NCBI GenBank assembly: GCA_963816185.1
Contig: CAWFJJ010000030.1
Coordinates: 256,001 to 320,000 of the forward strand
Reading direction: 5' to 3'
Source of the DNA: Thermoanaerobaculia bacterium
GTDB taxonomy: Bacteria > Acidobacteriota > Thermoanaerobaculia > UBA5066
DNA length: 64,000 nucleotides
Below the pieces are notes generated by a model that did no database searches, had not been told where the DNA came from, and saw only the letters and a program-made list of their open reading frames with translations. The position numbers and the translations under genes were made by a program. Of the stretch, positions 9,101 through 21,994 are shown in pieces. The stretch's first letter is position 1, and each line of letters starts with the position of its first letter.

Positions 9101-12100
9101 GAAAGCCACGGTCGTACTGTTGCCCAGAGAATCGGTCTTTCTCGTATGGGTCGTGTCGATGTAGGTATAGGAATAGGTCTCGAAGTTCTCGGTATAGGTC
9201 TTTGCCCTGTCGGCCACGTCGTAGGTCATAACTGTCAGCACGCGGTTCCAGTGGTCGGCGATCTGAGTCAGGAGCGGCCCGAAGCTGCCTTGCGCGTAGC
9301 CGTAGCGCGTTGCCAAGCCGGCGGGGTTGGTGACGGACGTCAGAGTCCCGTCGGCGGCGTAGGCGTACTGGACGCTTCTGCCGGCCGAGTCCTGGAGGCG
9401 ATCGATCTTGCCGTCGCCGCGGTAAGACACGGTGATGAAGCGGCCGGACCCCGAGGCATCGGCGACCTGAGTCGGCCTCCCGCTTGCGTCGTAGCCGATC
9501 GTGACCGTGTTGCCGTACTCGTCCCTCATGGAAACGAGGCGGCCCTTGTCGTCGAAGTGGTAGACGATTCGGCTCCTCTCGAGAGTCAGGTCGAAAGTCT
9601 TGTCCACGTTCCTGACGAGCGTGTCCTTTCGGCCCTGAGGCGGCGTGAACGGCCCGCTCGCATTGCCGAACGTGAAGCGGAAAACGACGCCGGTGGGCAT
9701 CTGAATGTCGAGCGCCTGGCCCGCCGAGGTGGCGACATACGCGAGATGCGCTTGAAGGCTCGAGCTCCAGCCGATCCCGTTGAGGTCGCTCTGGCGCTTG
9801 GAGCTGAAGTACTTGCGCGAGACCTGAAGGGGCAGGCCGGCTGTCGGAAGAACGAGATCGGTCGCCTCGCTTTGATAGGTGCCTGTGGCCGCGAAGACCG
9901 GTGAAGCCGTGCACGGACTCTCGATCGTCTCCCCATCCTGGCACGTACAGCACATGGCATTCGGATCTATCTTGTTCTCGACGACGAAGAAGGCCTCACC
10001 CCCCCAGTACTCGGCCTCGGGTTGATCCCCCTGTTTGTTCACGAGGCGAATGCGGTATCGCGGCGTATCTCCCGAAGATGGGTCCACTTGGAGGAAGTAA
10101 TAACCAAGCCTGGCCGGAGCCTTCAGCAGCTCGATGCCGAGATAGCCGCGGTTGTTCGAGCCCCCGGATGCATTCAGGGTGACCGGGTCGATGACTCCAT
10201 CGAGGCTGTCGAGCGGCGGAACCGCAAGCGTGTCGCACGGTCGGCCGGCCTGGCCGCTCGGTCCGGACTGCTGGGGAGGCCCTTCGTGATCGAAGCGCGG
10301 GCAGCGGTGGACGCGGAAGGCGCCCTCCGTGACGACTTGCCTTCCTCGTCGCGAAGACTCAGCCGGAATCTCGGCGCATCGCTCGTCTCCAGGCGCGGGT
10401 CCTGTGGATTCTTGAGCCTGTCGACGACGCATCGCGGCGCGCTGGGATTCTGTTTCCAGATCGTGTGCGGGTCCTCGAACGCTTCCACCTGAAGGGGCCA
10501 GCTTCCGATGACTGACTCCCCGTCATTCGGAGGAGAACAGGCGTTGGACGTCGCCGGCGGAAGTCTTGGGCATCGCAGATGTGGTGGCGCCGGGAGCCAC
10601 GCTGAACGGCGTGCCACGTCATCGACTCGGAGGCGCGCCTCGTAGCTCGCGAACGGCACGAGCGCGTGATAGGTCTCGCGATAGAATTGGAGGTACAGGT
10701 TCTTGGTGACGGTTCCTCCTGCCCAATCGGGGTCGTTCGGATAGTTCACGCTCAGAGTCGTCGTGTAGCGGCTCGCCGGCATAGAGGGGTCATCGTTCTA
10801 ATGGACGCATGTGGAATAGCCGGCGAAGTCGGTGGTGTCAGAGCTCTCGCCGAATATCGACAGCGTCTGGTCCTTGAATTCCACGAAGATGTTCGGTTGC
10901 GGTTGTGACGCCGAGGTGGACGTATAGCCATAAGTCACGTTGTCGTACCGGTCGTTGAGGAAGTAGGAGTTGAAGAGCTGAGTCCAGAGGCTCTCGAACG
11001 GAGGATTGCCGTTCAGCTTCGTGCCGCTCCGGAACTTCAGGAAATCGGACCAGTACGCCAGGAGGTTCGGGCAGGGAGAGCGCGACGCGTCGACGCAGGA
11101 GAAGTAGTCGGGCTTGCCAGTTCGACGCGGACGGGATAGAGGTACTCGTTCTGCAGGGAAAGTCCGGACGCGTCGAGGGTGTTGATTGCTAGATCGAGTA
11201 TCTCGCTCATTCCCCAGACGGGCTTGTAGGGAGGAGTCGTGACTTCGACGCCGAGGAAGTGAGAGTAGGTTCCGAGATTGAAGCCGATCTCCTCGTCGGC
11301 GCCGGGAGTTTCGTGCCAGAAGAGGGAAGCCGATTCGCATTCGATGCGGGCGCCTGCCGGGTCGAGAATGATCGTTCCGGGGGCGGCGCCTCCGGGAGCC
11401 AGACTGACGAGGACCGGATAATTGGGCGTCTGTCCGTAGGCGTCCTTGATGGCGATCCTGAGATGGATCTCCTTCCCCGTCCTGTGCCCGTGAATGCCGT
11501 CGATCTCGTCGACCACGCCGTTGGCCGTGCTTTGCCCGGTGGAGGGAGTCTCGTCGGTCAGGACGACCGTGAAGGGGGGATTGACCTGTAGTGCGCTGAC
11601 CGCGGCTTCGTCGAAGACCGTGGGGAAGCACCCGGTAATGACCTGGGTATGGATCGTAAGCGGCCGAGCGGGCGATCGAGCAGCATGGGGCGCGGAGCCT
11701 GCCGCACGTTCGAAGTCGAGGCCGACGAGCTTTGGTGCGCAGAGTCGCGCGCCGCGGGGATTTCAGCTCCTCCCCGGCGATCGACTTCCTCTCTGCCAGC
11801 TCGGGCGCTGGGAACCTCTCGAGGCGGCCGCCCGAGAGGGAAAGGTCGTGGCCTGAAATGCCGACGATGCTGATCGGGAGGCGGCCCGCGGGCCGATACC
11901 GCTGCACGGCCACCTTTGGCGACTCCTCGTCCTGGCGGGATGTGACGGCCGCAGCAGTCTCCTCTTGAAGGACGACACCCTGAGCGAGTGTCGAATCGAC
12001 GAGCACCGGCGAGAATCCGACCTTGCCGGGCGAAGTGAGCTTGGCGTAGACGAACGCGTAGCCGTCGACGCTCGTCGTCGTGGTGCTGCCGCCGACGAAC

Positions 12101-15100
12101 TGGACAGTACCGAGGTTGTCGGGGGACGAAATGACGGTATGGTTGACATCGGCTCCCGAAAGCGGCCAGCCACGCGGGTCCAGCATCAGCGCATTGGTCG
12201 ACAGTGTGGTGTTGACCGTGAGGGTGTTGTGGTTCCCGCTAAAGGGGACGGCACGCGAAGTCTGCGGGACAGGCGCCATGAAGGCGACGTTGAAGGTCAG
12301 CCGGTAATCGCCGCTTCCTCTGATCGTTTCGACGGCGATGAAGTAGACGCCGGTATGGGGCAGCACCGCATTCGTGATGGAGGCGTTGTAGTCGACGCTC
12401 GGGACGTCATCGAAGCCTGGAGGTTCTCGTAGATGAAATGGTCCGGGGAGACGATCTCGACCTGAGGATCGAGGGAAGCCGGATTCCCGAATGGGATCGA
12501 CGTGTCGACACGCTGCATCGCGACCGACACCCGGGAGCCGGCCGTCGCGACGAAGAAATAGTAGTTGTAATCGGCGAGATCGTTCAGCGGGACGTCGCCG
12601 GTGAGGGTGCCGGTGACCGTCTGGCCCGGCCAGATGCGCTTAGCCCAGTTGTGCTGATCGCGCGCGACAGGCGGGTACGTCTTCTGAGCATTGTCGACCC
12701 CGACCCACAGGTTGTTGGTCGATTCTAAGCCGGCCGCGCTTCGCACCGTGAGGTGGTAGATACCCGGTGAGGCGCCCGCGGGAATTGCGAACGCAGCGTA
12801 CTTGCCGCCGACGTCCACCGTGGCCGCGAGGTTTGAGGAGGGGCAGGTCCCACCGACGGTACAAAGTGGGTTCTGGAAGTTCGTGAGCGAGTAGACGGGC
12901 CCCGTGAACGTAACGGTGCTGCCCGCCTCAATGCTAGAACCGTAAATGACCGGACTCGTATCTCCTGCGAGAACCCAGCCGGGTGCCACACCACTCAACG
13001 TCTTGGAAACGACATTGAGCGTGGCGGAGGCCGTGAACTCCAGGAACGTAGCCGAGATCGTTGTCGCTCCGGTGCCCGAGGTGGGCGCGACGCCGATAAG
13101 GAATGTCCAAGCGGTGCCAACGGTAATGAACCCGGACTTGCCACAAGGGAAGATGACGCAGGCCCACGATGTGGTTTCCGTCAGGGCGATTCCGGGGTTG
13201 CTGGACGAAAGGGCCACCGGGAACGGCTCGTCATAGCGGGGTGAATAGCCGTCAAATCGGATGTAGCCGGAGGCGCTTCCTCCGGGTAAAACGGTTGAGG
13301 GATCGATCGAAAACGTCACTGTGCCCGGGGTGACGGTAATCGTCGCGCTCTTCGTGACGCCATTGAGGCTGGCCGACACGGTGCCGGTCCCTCCCCCTGA
13401 GCTCCACGGCGCGACCATTTCGAAAAACCCATCTGTCTGGCCGGCCTGGATCGAAACTGTCCGCGAGCTCCCGTACCAGCTATATCCAGTCGGGATGAAG
13501 AAATCCACGGCACCGGAAGATGTTACTTGGACGTTGACGCCGCCGGCGGGCGCGGGTCCATTCAATACGACGTGGCCCCCGAAGGAGTTCCCGGCTTTCA
13601 ACGTCTGGGGAATCGAGACGCTCGTCGGGCCGAACGGGTCGACGGCGAGGGTCGCCGTGACGCTCGCGGCTGCATATGTTGTCGTGATGACGACCGGAGT
13701 CGAGACGGAAACTGGAGTCGTTGCGACGCTGAAGGTCGCGCCCTGCGCGCGCGCAGGTATGGTCACGCTCGCAGGCACGGCGGCCGTTCCGGGCAACGAG
13801 GACGACAGCGCGACGACCGCTCCGGCTGGCGGTGCATAACCGTTCAGACCCACGGTCGCACTCCCGTTTACGCCTCCTCCGACAGAGGTTGGCGTTAGGA
13901 CGAGCGAGGCCAGCGCCGCAGGATTGACCGTCAGCAAGGCCGTCTTCGTCACGCCGTTGTAGTCGGCGGAGATCGTCACGGTCACAGTGGATGCGACGCC
14001 CCACGTCGAGATCGTGAAGGTCCCTGAAGTTGAGCCGGCTGGGATGTTCACGGCCACTTGCTGGTACGCGCTGGTCGTGTCGGAGCTCGAAAGTCGAACC
14101 GAGGCTCCGCCAGCGGGCGCCAGAGCATTGAGCGTGACCGTACCCACGGCCAACGGGTGGGCTCCGCCCACTATATTTGCCACGCTCAGCGAGAACGACG
14201 CGAGAACGACCGGCGCGGGCGTGACCGTCAGGACGGCTGACCGCGTCTCGTTGCGGTAGCCGCCTGTCGCGGAGATCGTTGCGCTGCCGGTCGTCAATGA
14301 GGCGTTGGTGTTGACCGGGAAAATGGCGCTGCTTGCGCCGGCCGGGACCGTCATGCCCGGCGGGACCGTGGCGACGTTCGTGTCGGAAGACGCTAGTGTG
14401 AGGATGAGGCCTGCCGGCGGCGCGCTTCCGATCAGCGAGACGGTTCCCTTGGACGGCGTGCCGCCTAAGAGACTGAACGGACTCAGCGTGACGGACTGGA
14501 GAATGGCCGGGTCCACAGTGAAAGAGGCGGTTTGCGTGACACCGGCATATGTGGCCGAGATCGTGACGCCTACGGACGATGCCACGCCAGTGGTCGTGAC
14601 GGTGAAGTCGACGTACGTGGTACCCGCCGGGACCGTGACATTCGGCGGCGTCGTCGCAACGGGCGCGTTGGAGCTGGAAAGCGAGACGACGATCCCGCCT
14701 GCGGGCGCGGTCGTCGTGAGCGCGACACGGCCCGTCGCCGGCAGGCCGCCGTTGATGACCGCCGGGGACACGGTTGCCCAAGTTAAGGTGGGTGCCAGGG
14801 CCGTAACCGTGAAGACGCCGTATTGCGAGAAACCGGCAAAGTATGCCGTGATGTGAAGGTTCGTCGTCCCGACCACGGGATATGTCGTAACGGGGAAGGT
14901 GGCGCTCAGGGCACCTGCCGGGATGGTCATGTTCGCTGGCACCGTGGCCGCGGGCGTGTTTCCGCTCGAAAGCGTTACCAGCGCTCCGCCGGCGGGCGCG
15001 ACGCCGCTAAGTGTGACCGTGCCGGTGGACGGTGTTCCCCCCTGGACGGAGGTCGGGTTGAGCGTTACGGACGCGATCAAAGCCCCGGAGACGGTGAGAT

Positions 15101-18100
15101 TCGCGGACGCCGACCTCGTTCCGTCTGATGCCGTTACGGTGACGGTCGTGTTACTCGCCGTGCCCGCTGTCGCAATCGGGAAACTCACGGAACTTGCCCC
15201 GCCCGGGACGGTCGCGGTCGCCGGCGGGATGACAAGCACGGGATTGGAGGAGCTGAGAGACAACAGATGCCCAGCCGTCGGCGCCGGCCCGTTGAGCGTT
15301 ACAGTGCCAGTGGAGATGCTGCCGCCCTGCACGTTGGTTGGCGACAGGGCGAGGGTCCAGACTATTGGAGCCTGGACGGTCAGAGACCCCGCTACCGTCA
15401 CGCCGGCAGACGTCGCGGTGACACTTGCGAACGTGGCGCTTGCTACCGGGGACGTCGAGAAGGTGAAGGAAGCTGAGTTCGTTCCCGCGGGCACGAGAAC
15501 GCTCGCCGGAATCGAGAGCACGGACGGCGCGCTCGTACCCAGAAGAACCGTCGCACCACCCATCGGAGCCACGGCGTTGAGGTACACCGTCCCGGTTCCG
15601 CTACCCATATGGGCGCTCACGGAGAGGCTGATTGGAGCCGCCGAAGGGGTCACGTCGACGAGGGGCGTCATCACTTCGCGGCCGAAGCTACCGCTCAGGA
15701 CGACCGATGCGGTGGAGGGGCCGCGCGTGACCGTGGCGTTGACGCTCGTAGAAGTATTGCCAGCTGGAATTATGGTGCTCACGGGAAGGCTGACGACCGA
15801 TGGGTTCGAGCTGTAGAGGTACACGTAGGCGTAGATCGGCTGCGGGTCAGTGATGCCAAAGGAGAGAGTACCGCCGTCAAACGAAGCCCCTACGGCTGTG
15901 CTGGTACTCGAGACCGTGATCGTCGTCGACCGCGATATACCTGCAAGACTCGCCGTGATGACAACGGGCGAGGCCGAGGCCGCTCCCAGCGTCACCGACG
16001 TGACGGCCTGGAGGGGGGGATATCCAGTGGGCTCCACCGTGGCCGGGACTGGTACCGCGGTCGGATTCGAGCTGGTGAGGTTGACGACGTACGTTCCGTT
16101 AGCGTTCTCCACGTTCAGGACAACTTGAATCTGGATAGACTTGCCCGTGCGTCCATACGGGGGGACGCTGATCGAGCTCAGCCCTACGGCCGAGGTATCC
16201 GTCAGGAGGGCCGACGCGCTTCCGCTTGGAAGCGATGCCGTGATCGTCGATATCGTCGTCGTTGCCACCGCGGCCGCATGAACCGGGAACGTAACAAGGA
16301 GAGCGCCAGCCGGGACGAGAATCGTCGCGGGCACGCTAATCATTGGTGTGTTGGAGCTCGTGAGGGAAACCTGAAGGCCGCCCCCGGGGGCCGGTTCGCT
16401 GAGAGCGACCGTGCTTTCGAGGTCGGCAGGCCCGAAAATGCTGTCCACCCGTCCGACATAGGGCCACTTAGCGGGCTGCGATATCGATACGACGGTTGGA
16501 CCGGGCGTGAGCATGACGTGCGCCTGGTTCGTGATACCGGCGTTAGTCGCCGAGATCGTCACCCACGTAGACGAAGCCACACGGGCGTACGTGACCGGAA
16601 ACGTCAGGACGCGCGTACGGCCCGGCACCGTCACCGACGCCGGAACCACGACACTCGATCTGTCGCTCGTAATGGTTACGACCGCGCCGCCGGCCGGAGC
16701 GACTGCGACGAGAGAAACCATAGCCGTCGCCGTCTCGCTTCCGGATGCAATCGCAGGGCGGACTTCGAAGGAGAAGCCCTGGACTGCACCAAGCGAGATG
16801 ATGCCGGCGTCGGTCGTCTGGCCAGTCATCACGGGCAGTGAAGCCGTCGCCACGGGCTGGAAATTCTGTGCCGTGATGGTCAGTGTGCGATTCCCGGGAA
16901 CGACAGGAAGGGAGAACGAGCCCGAGCTGTCCGTCGTGGCGGTCGTGGCAGAACCCGTGACAGTAACGACCGCGCGCGGAACAGCGACCCCGGTGGAAGC
17001 ATCCCGAACAGTGCCGACCACGGCACCGGGCGGCGGATTGATCGTGAGCGTCGCAGCCTTCGTGACGGCCGAGGCGGTCGCCGTGACGGTCGCGGTCGTC
17101 ACGGTTCCGATGGCGCCCGTCGCGACCGTGAACGTTGCCGTCGTCGTCCCGCCTGGCACCGTGACGCTAGCCGGCACCGTCGCGGCGGCGTTGTCGGAGG
17201 AGAGATTCACCACGAACCCGCCCGACTGTGCTGGAGCGGTGAGTGTAACCGCGCCGTGGACGAGGCGCCTCCCGTGAGGGAGGCTGGATTCAACACCAGG
17301 GAGGCCGGAGCGAGGGGCACCGGGTTGATGGTGAGCGCAGCCGTCTTCGTGGCCCCGGCGGCTGAGGCTGTTATTTGAGCGGTCGTGGTCCCTCCCACAA
17401 AGCTGGTCGAGACAATGAATGTCGCGCTCGAAGCGCCACCGACCACCATCACGCTCGTGGCGACGGTCGCTGCCGCATTGTCGCTCGTCAGACTTACCGC
17501 GAAACCGCTCGTCATTGCGATGCCCGCGAGTGCCACCGTCCCGATCAGGGATGTCCCGCCGCCCACGGTCGCCGGGCTCACGGAGACACTCGCGAGGGCC
17601 GGCGGATTGACCGTAAGCGGCGCCGTTTGCGCCACCCCGAAATAGGTCGCTCTGATCGTCGCCGTGTGCGCGGTGGCGACCGCCGTTGTCGAGACGCTGA
17701 ACGTCGCCGACGTCGTGTTTGCGGCAACCGTGACCGTCGCTGGAACGACAGCCGCCACATCGGTGCTCGACAGGAGCACCACGACCCCACCGGCAGCAGC
17801 CGGGCCCGTCAGACCGACGGTCCCGGTCGAACCCGAGCCGCACGTGACGGCAGTCGGGCTCAGCGACAAACTCGAGATGGCAGGGGGATTGACCGTGAGA
17901 GCTGCCGTCTTCGTGACAGTTCCGGCCGTCGCCGTGATCGTCGCGGTTATCGAGGTCCCGACCGGTGCGGTCGTGACCGTGAAGGTCGCCGTCCTGGCGC
18001 TTTGGGCCACGGTCACACTCGCGGGGACGGTTGCTGCAACGTTGTTGCTCGTCAGGTTGACGGTGAAGCCGCCGGCGAGCGCAATGCTGGAGATCGTCAC

Positions 18101-21100
18101 GGTAGCGGTCGTCGACGTTCCGCCGCCCACGGCATTCGGGCTCAGGGAAATGCTCGAAAGGGCCGGCGGATTGATCGTGAGGTTCGCCGTCTTGGTGACG
18201 GTCCCGGCGGTCGCCGTGATCGTTGCGACCGTAACCGTCGGAACAGGAACGGTCGTGACCGCGAACGTCGCCGTCGTGGCGCCCTGAGCCACGGTGACGC
18301 TCGCGGGCACCGCCGCAGCGATGTTGTTGCTCGTCAGGTTGACCGTGAAGCCACTGGCCAGCGGGATACTCGAGATCGTCACCGTTCCGGTCGCCGGCGA
18401 CCCGCCGCCCAGCGCCGTCGGGCTCAGGAAGACGACCGAGAGGGCCGGCGGGTTGATCGTCAAGTTCGCCGTCTTCGTGACGGTCTCGGCGGTCGCCGTG
18501 ATCGTTGCGACCGTAACCGTCGGAACAGGAACGGTCGTGACCGCGAACGTCGCCGTCGTGGCGCCCTGCGCCACGGTCACGCTCGCGGGCACCGTCGCCG
18601 CGACGTTGTTGCTCGTCAGGTTGACAGCGAAACCACCGGCCAGCGCGATGCTCGAGATCGTCACGGTTCCGGTCGCCATCACTCCGCCACCCACGGTCGT
18701 CGGGCTCAAGGAGACGTTCGAGAGGACCGGCGGATTGATCGTGAGGATCGCCGTCTTTGTTGATCCGGAATACGTTCCCGAGATCGTCGCCGTGTGCGCG
18801 GTTGCGACCGCCGTCGTCGTGACGGTGAATGTCTTCGTCTTCGTGTTCGCGGCGATCGTCACGGTCGCCGGGACGGTCGCCGCCCCATCGGAGATGGTCG
18901 TCGACACGACCGCGCCCGCCGGAGGTGCGTTGCCGTTGAGCGTGAGCGTCCCCGTCGAGGAGGCTCCACCGCCGACAGCCGTGGGGCTTAACGTCAGTGA
19001 CGTGAGCGCGGCTGGCATCGTCGAGATCACGGCAGTTTTGGACACGCCTGCAAGAGTCGCCGTGATGGTCGATGACGCGTTCGCAGCCACACCGAGCGTC
19101 GTGACCGTGAACGTGGCGGCCGTCGCGTTCGTCGTGACCGTCACCGTCGCGGGGGCCGTCGCGCAAGTCGTGACCGAGCTGGACAGCGAAACCGCGAATC
19201 CGGTTGAGGCGGCCTTGCCATTCAGGGTGATGGTGCCCGTCACGTTGTTGCCGCCGACGACCGGACTCGCGCTGAGAGTCACGTTCGAGAGAGTTGAAGG
19301 TTGGACGGTGAGCGTGGCGCTCTTCGTCGTGCCGTTGTAGGTGCCCGAGATCGTGGAGGAAGCCGTCGCGACGACGCCCAGCGTCGTGACGGTGAACGTC
19401 GCAGACACAGCCCCCGCCGCAACCACAACGGACGCCGGGACTGTCGCCTTCGTCGTGTCCGAGCTCGTGAGCGCGACGCTGATGCCGCCAGTTTTCGCTT
19501 TTCCGTTCAGCGTGACGGTGCCCGTCGAGGGCGCGCCGGCGACCAGGGTGGTCGGACTCAAGACGACGGACGCGAGGCTAGCGGGGTTGACCGTCAAGGA
19601 CGCCGTGACGGCGGTCTGCTGCTTCACCGCCGAGATCGTCACGGGGGCGGCCGCCGCAACACCGAGGGTGGTCACGGTGAACGTGGCGGACGTGGCCCCG
19701 GCCGGTACCGTCACCGAGGTCGGCCCCGTCGCCACCGCAACGTTCGAGCTCAAGAGGAAGACCGGGACGCCGCCGGCTGGAGCGGCAACCGAGATCGTGA
19801 CTGTACCCGTCACGTTGTTACCCCCGACGACGGTCGCCGGCGCCAGCGTGAGAACCGTGGGAAGGGGGCCGGTCACCGTGAGGGGCGCGCTCGTGGAGGA
19901 GGCTCCGAGCGCCGCCGAGATGGCGGTCGCAACGTTATTCCCAACGAGCGCCGTCGCGGCAGCGAACGTAGCGGTCGATGCTCCCTCCGGCACCGTGACG
20001 GACGCCGGCAAGCTCACGACCGAGGAGTTCGAGGACGACAGTGCGACGACGGCACCGCCCGTGGGCGCCGGGCCGCTGACGGTTACCGTCCCCGTGGACG
20101 GTTGCCCTCCTGCGACCACGGAAGGGCTGAAGGCGACCGAGAGAACGATCGGGGTGGCCGTGAGAGTGAGCACGGCGCTCTTCGTCACTCCGCCATAGAG
20201 AGCCGATACCGTCACGGAGGAGAGGGTCCCGGTCGTAAGTGTCGTCACGGGGAAGGTCGCCGACGTGACTCCAGCCGCGACGACGACACTCGCCGGAACG
20301 GTCGCATTCGGTGTACTCGAGCTCGTGAGCGTGACGGTGGCACCGCCGGAGGGCGCGGGTCCGTTCAACGTTACGGTCGCCGTCGGGACCTGACCCCGTG
20401 GCACACTCGGTCTATCCAGCGCCGCCGAAAACGCCTGAATCGAAGGCGCGACGGTCAGCGTCGCCGTCTTCGACGTTCCGCCGGACGCGGCCGTGATCGT
20501 CACGTTCTTGTTCGTCGTGACGGTCAATGTCGTCACCGTGAATGTCGTCGCGGCGGCGCCCGCCGGAACCGTGACGTTCGCCGGAACCGTCGCGGCAGCC
20601 GTGTTCGAGCTCGTCAGCGTGACGACCGTCCCTCCGATCGCGGCGCCGCCGTTCAACGCGATGGACGCCGTCGACGTGGAGGATCCAAAGGCGGTAGACG
20701 GTGCGAGAGCCACGGAATCGGGAATCGGGACCGCCGAGGTCGTGAGGACGGCCGTCCGGCTGAAGCCAGCGTTCGTCGCGGTGATCGTTGTCGTGCCGGT
20801 GGTTGTCGTGGGCAGAGTCGGGATCGCGAACGTGTAGAGCGTTGCGCCTGCCGGAATCGTGATGCTTGCGGGCACCGTGGCACGGGCGGGCACGGAGCTC
20901 GCAAGAGTCACGACGGCGCCGCCGACGGGAGCGGGGGCGTTGAGCGCGAGGGTCCCGGTCGCGGACATGCTGCCGACGACGCTGCTCTGAACCAACACGA
21001 GTGCCGACAGGAGGGGCGTGACGGTCAGGGTCGCCGTCTTGTTCACGGCGTTGAATGTGGCCGTAAGGGTCGGCGTGACGTTTGCCGCGACGGTCGTCGT

Positions 21101-21358
21101 CGTGACCGTGAACGTGGCCGTCGCCGCCCCCTGGGCGACTGTGACGTTCGCGGGAACAGAGGCCGCAGCGTTGTTACTGGAGAGGTTGACCACCACGCCC
21201 CCGGAGGGAGCGGCGACGTCGAGCGTCACGGCCCCCGTCGCACCGCTCACTCCACCGACGACACTGGTGGGGCTCACGGAGAGGGCGATCAGGTTCGCAC
21301 CGAGCGCCGCAGGCGATGCGAGCAGGAGCGAGCCCAGGACCCACGCGTTAAGACGCAT
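6137..21358 (-). CDS. giant secreted Ig-repeat / Rhs (YD-repeat) polymorphic toxin, ~5,000 aa, interrupted by frameshifts and one in-frame TAG
   Basis: Joins track ORFs 17207-21400, 12297-19166 (3' part), 10798-12366, 11037-11516, 10174-10782, 9080-10432, 7245-9953 and 6137-7267. Order: signal peptide [20 protein letters not shown], ~28 Ig-like ~94-aa repeats, carboxypeptidase-regulatory-like domain, PPC-like domain, DUF6531-like ([26 protein letters not shown]), YD repeats, Rhs core ([29 protein letters not shown]), toxin tip. Confidence 0.85.
13000..21295 (-). repeat. tandem ~280-nt (~94-aa) Ig-like domain repeats, about 28 copies
   Basis: Consensus [91 protein letters not shown]. Copies near 18161 and 18443 are nearly identical at DNA level (282-nt period). 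Confidence 0.9.
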
Positions 21359-21910
21359 TTCGAACCTCCCGAACTTCTTCGCCCGCGGCCGCGCGGCCAC
21401 CTTCAGCGCACGTACTGATCCTTCATTCCATGGAGTGGCTTCTTCGGGTCCTCTTTGACCCTACGGACGCTGTGGAATGTCCAGCGAAAAGAAACTCCAC
21501 CGGTCATCGAGGTCGTGCAGTTGTCGCGAGGTTTGGCGGAATTGGCCACGGAAAGCTCACGCCGGTCCAGATGACCAAGACCATGACCAGACCTCTTGCT
21601 CAGGGCAATTACTCCTCGAGACTCGAGTTCTTGGCGAAAAGCGACGGTTTGCAGCAACAACCTGATATTTCCGACGACGCCAATTCAATGATTCATCTGC
21701 ATAAGAGGCCGGAGGGCGAAAAGACCCCTCAAGACCGTCTCCAAAAGGGGGTGTCTGCGCTTGGAAGCCCGCCGCGAGACTCTGAAACCGCCAGAGTCTT
21801 ACGCCCTTTGCGATCAACCTAGAGGCGCGCCGCCTTCAACGAACCGTCCGGAACTACGGGACGCCGGCGGCCTGACGCTCCAGAAAGCTCGGCAAGCGGT
21901 TTGAGCGCCA

Positions 21911-21942
21911 AGAAACACAACGGCCCGGCTGGTGCCGGGCCG
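21911..21942 (-). terminator. rho-independent terminator of the Ig-like repeat gene
   Basis: Minus strand CGGCCCGGC-ACCA-GCCGGGCCG followed by TTGTGTTTCT, ~50 nt after the stop at 21995. Confidence 0.75.
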
Positions 21943-21994
21943 CCGCTCTCTATTCTTCTAAGAAAATCTTCTCTTCGTCTTCCTCTTCGAGCCT

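Noticed and set aside
10798-10800. In-frame TAG in the Rhs gene as recoding (pyrrolysine or readthrough)
   Set aside because: Single instance in an error-rich region; TAG is used as a normal stop elsewhere in the window; probably a TGG miscall or a recent nonsense mutation.
13000-21295. CRISPR array or non-coding repeat
   Set aside because: Repeats are in-frame, degenerate protein domains with no constant repeat-unique spacer structure.
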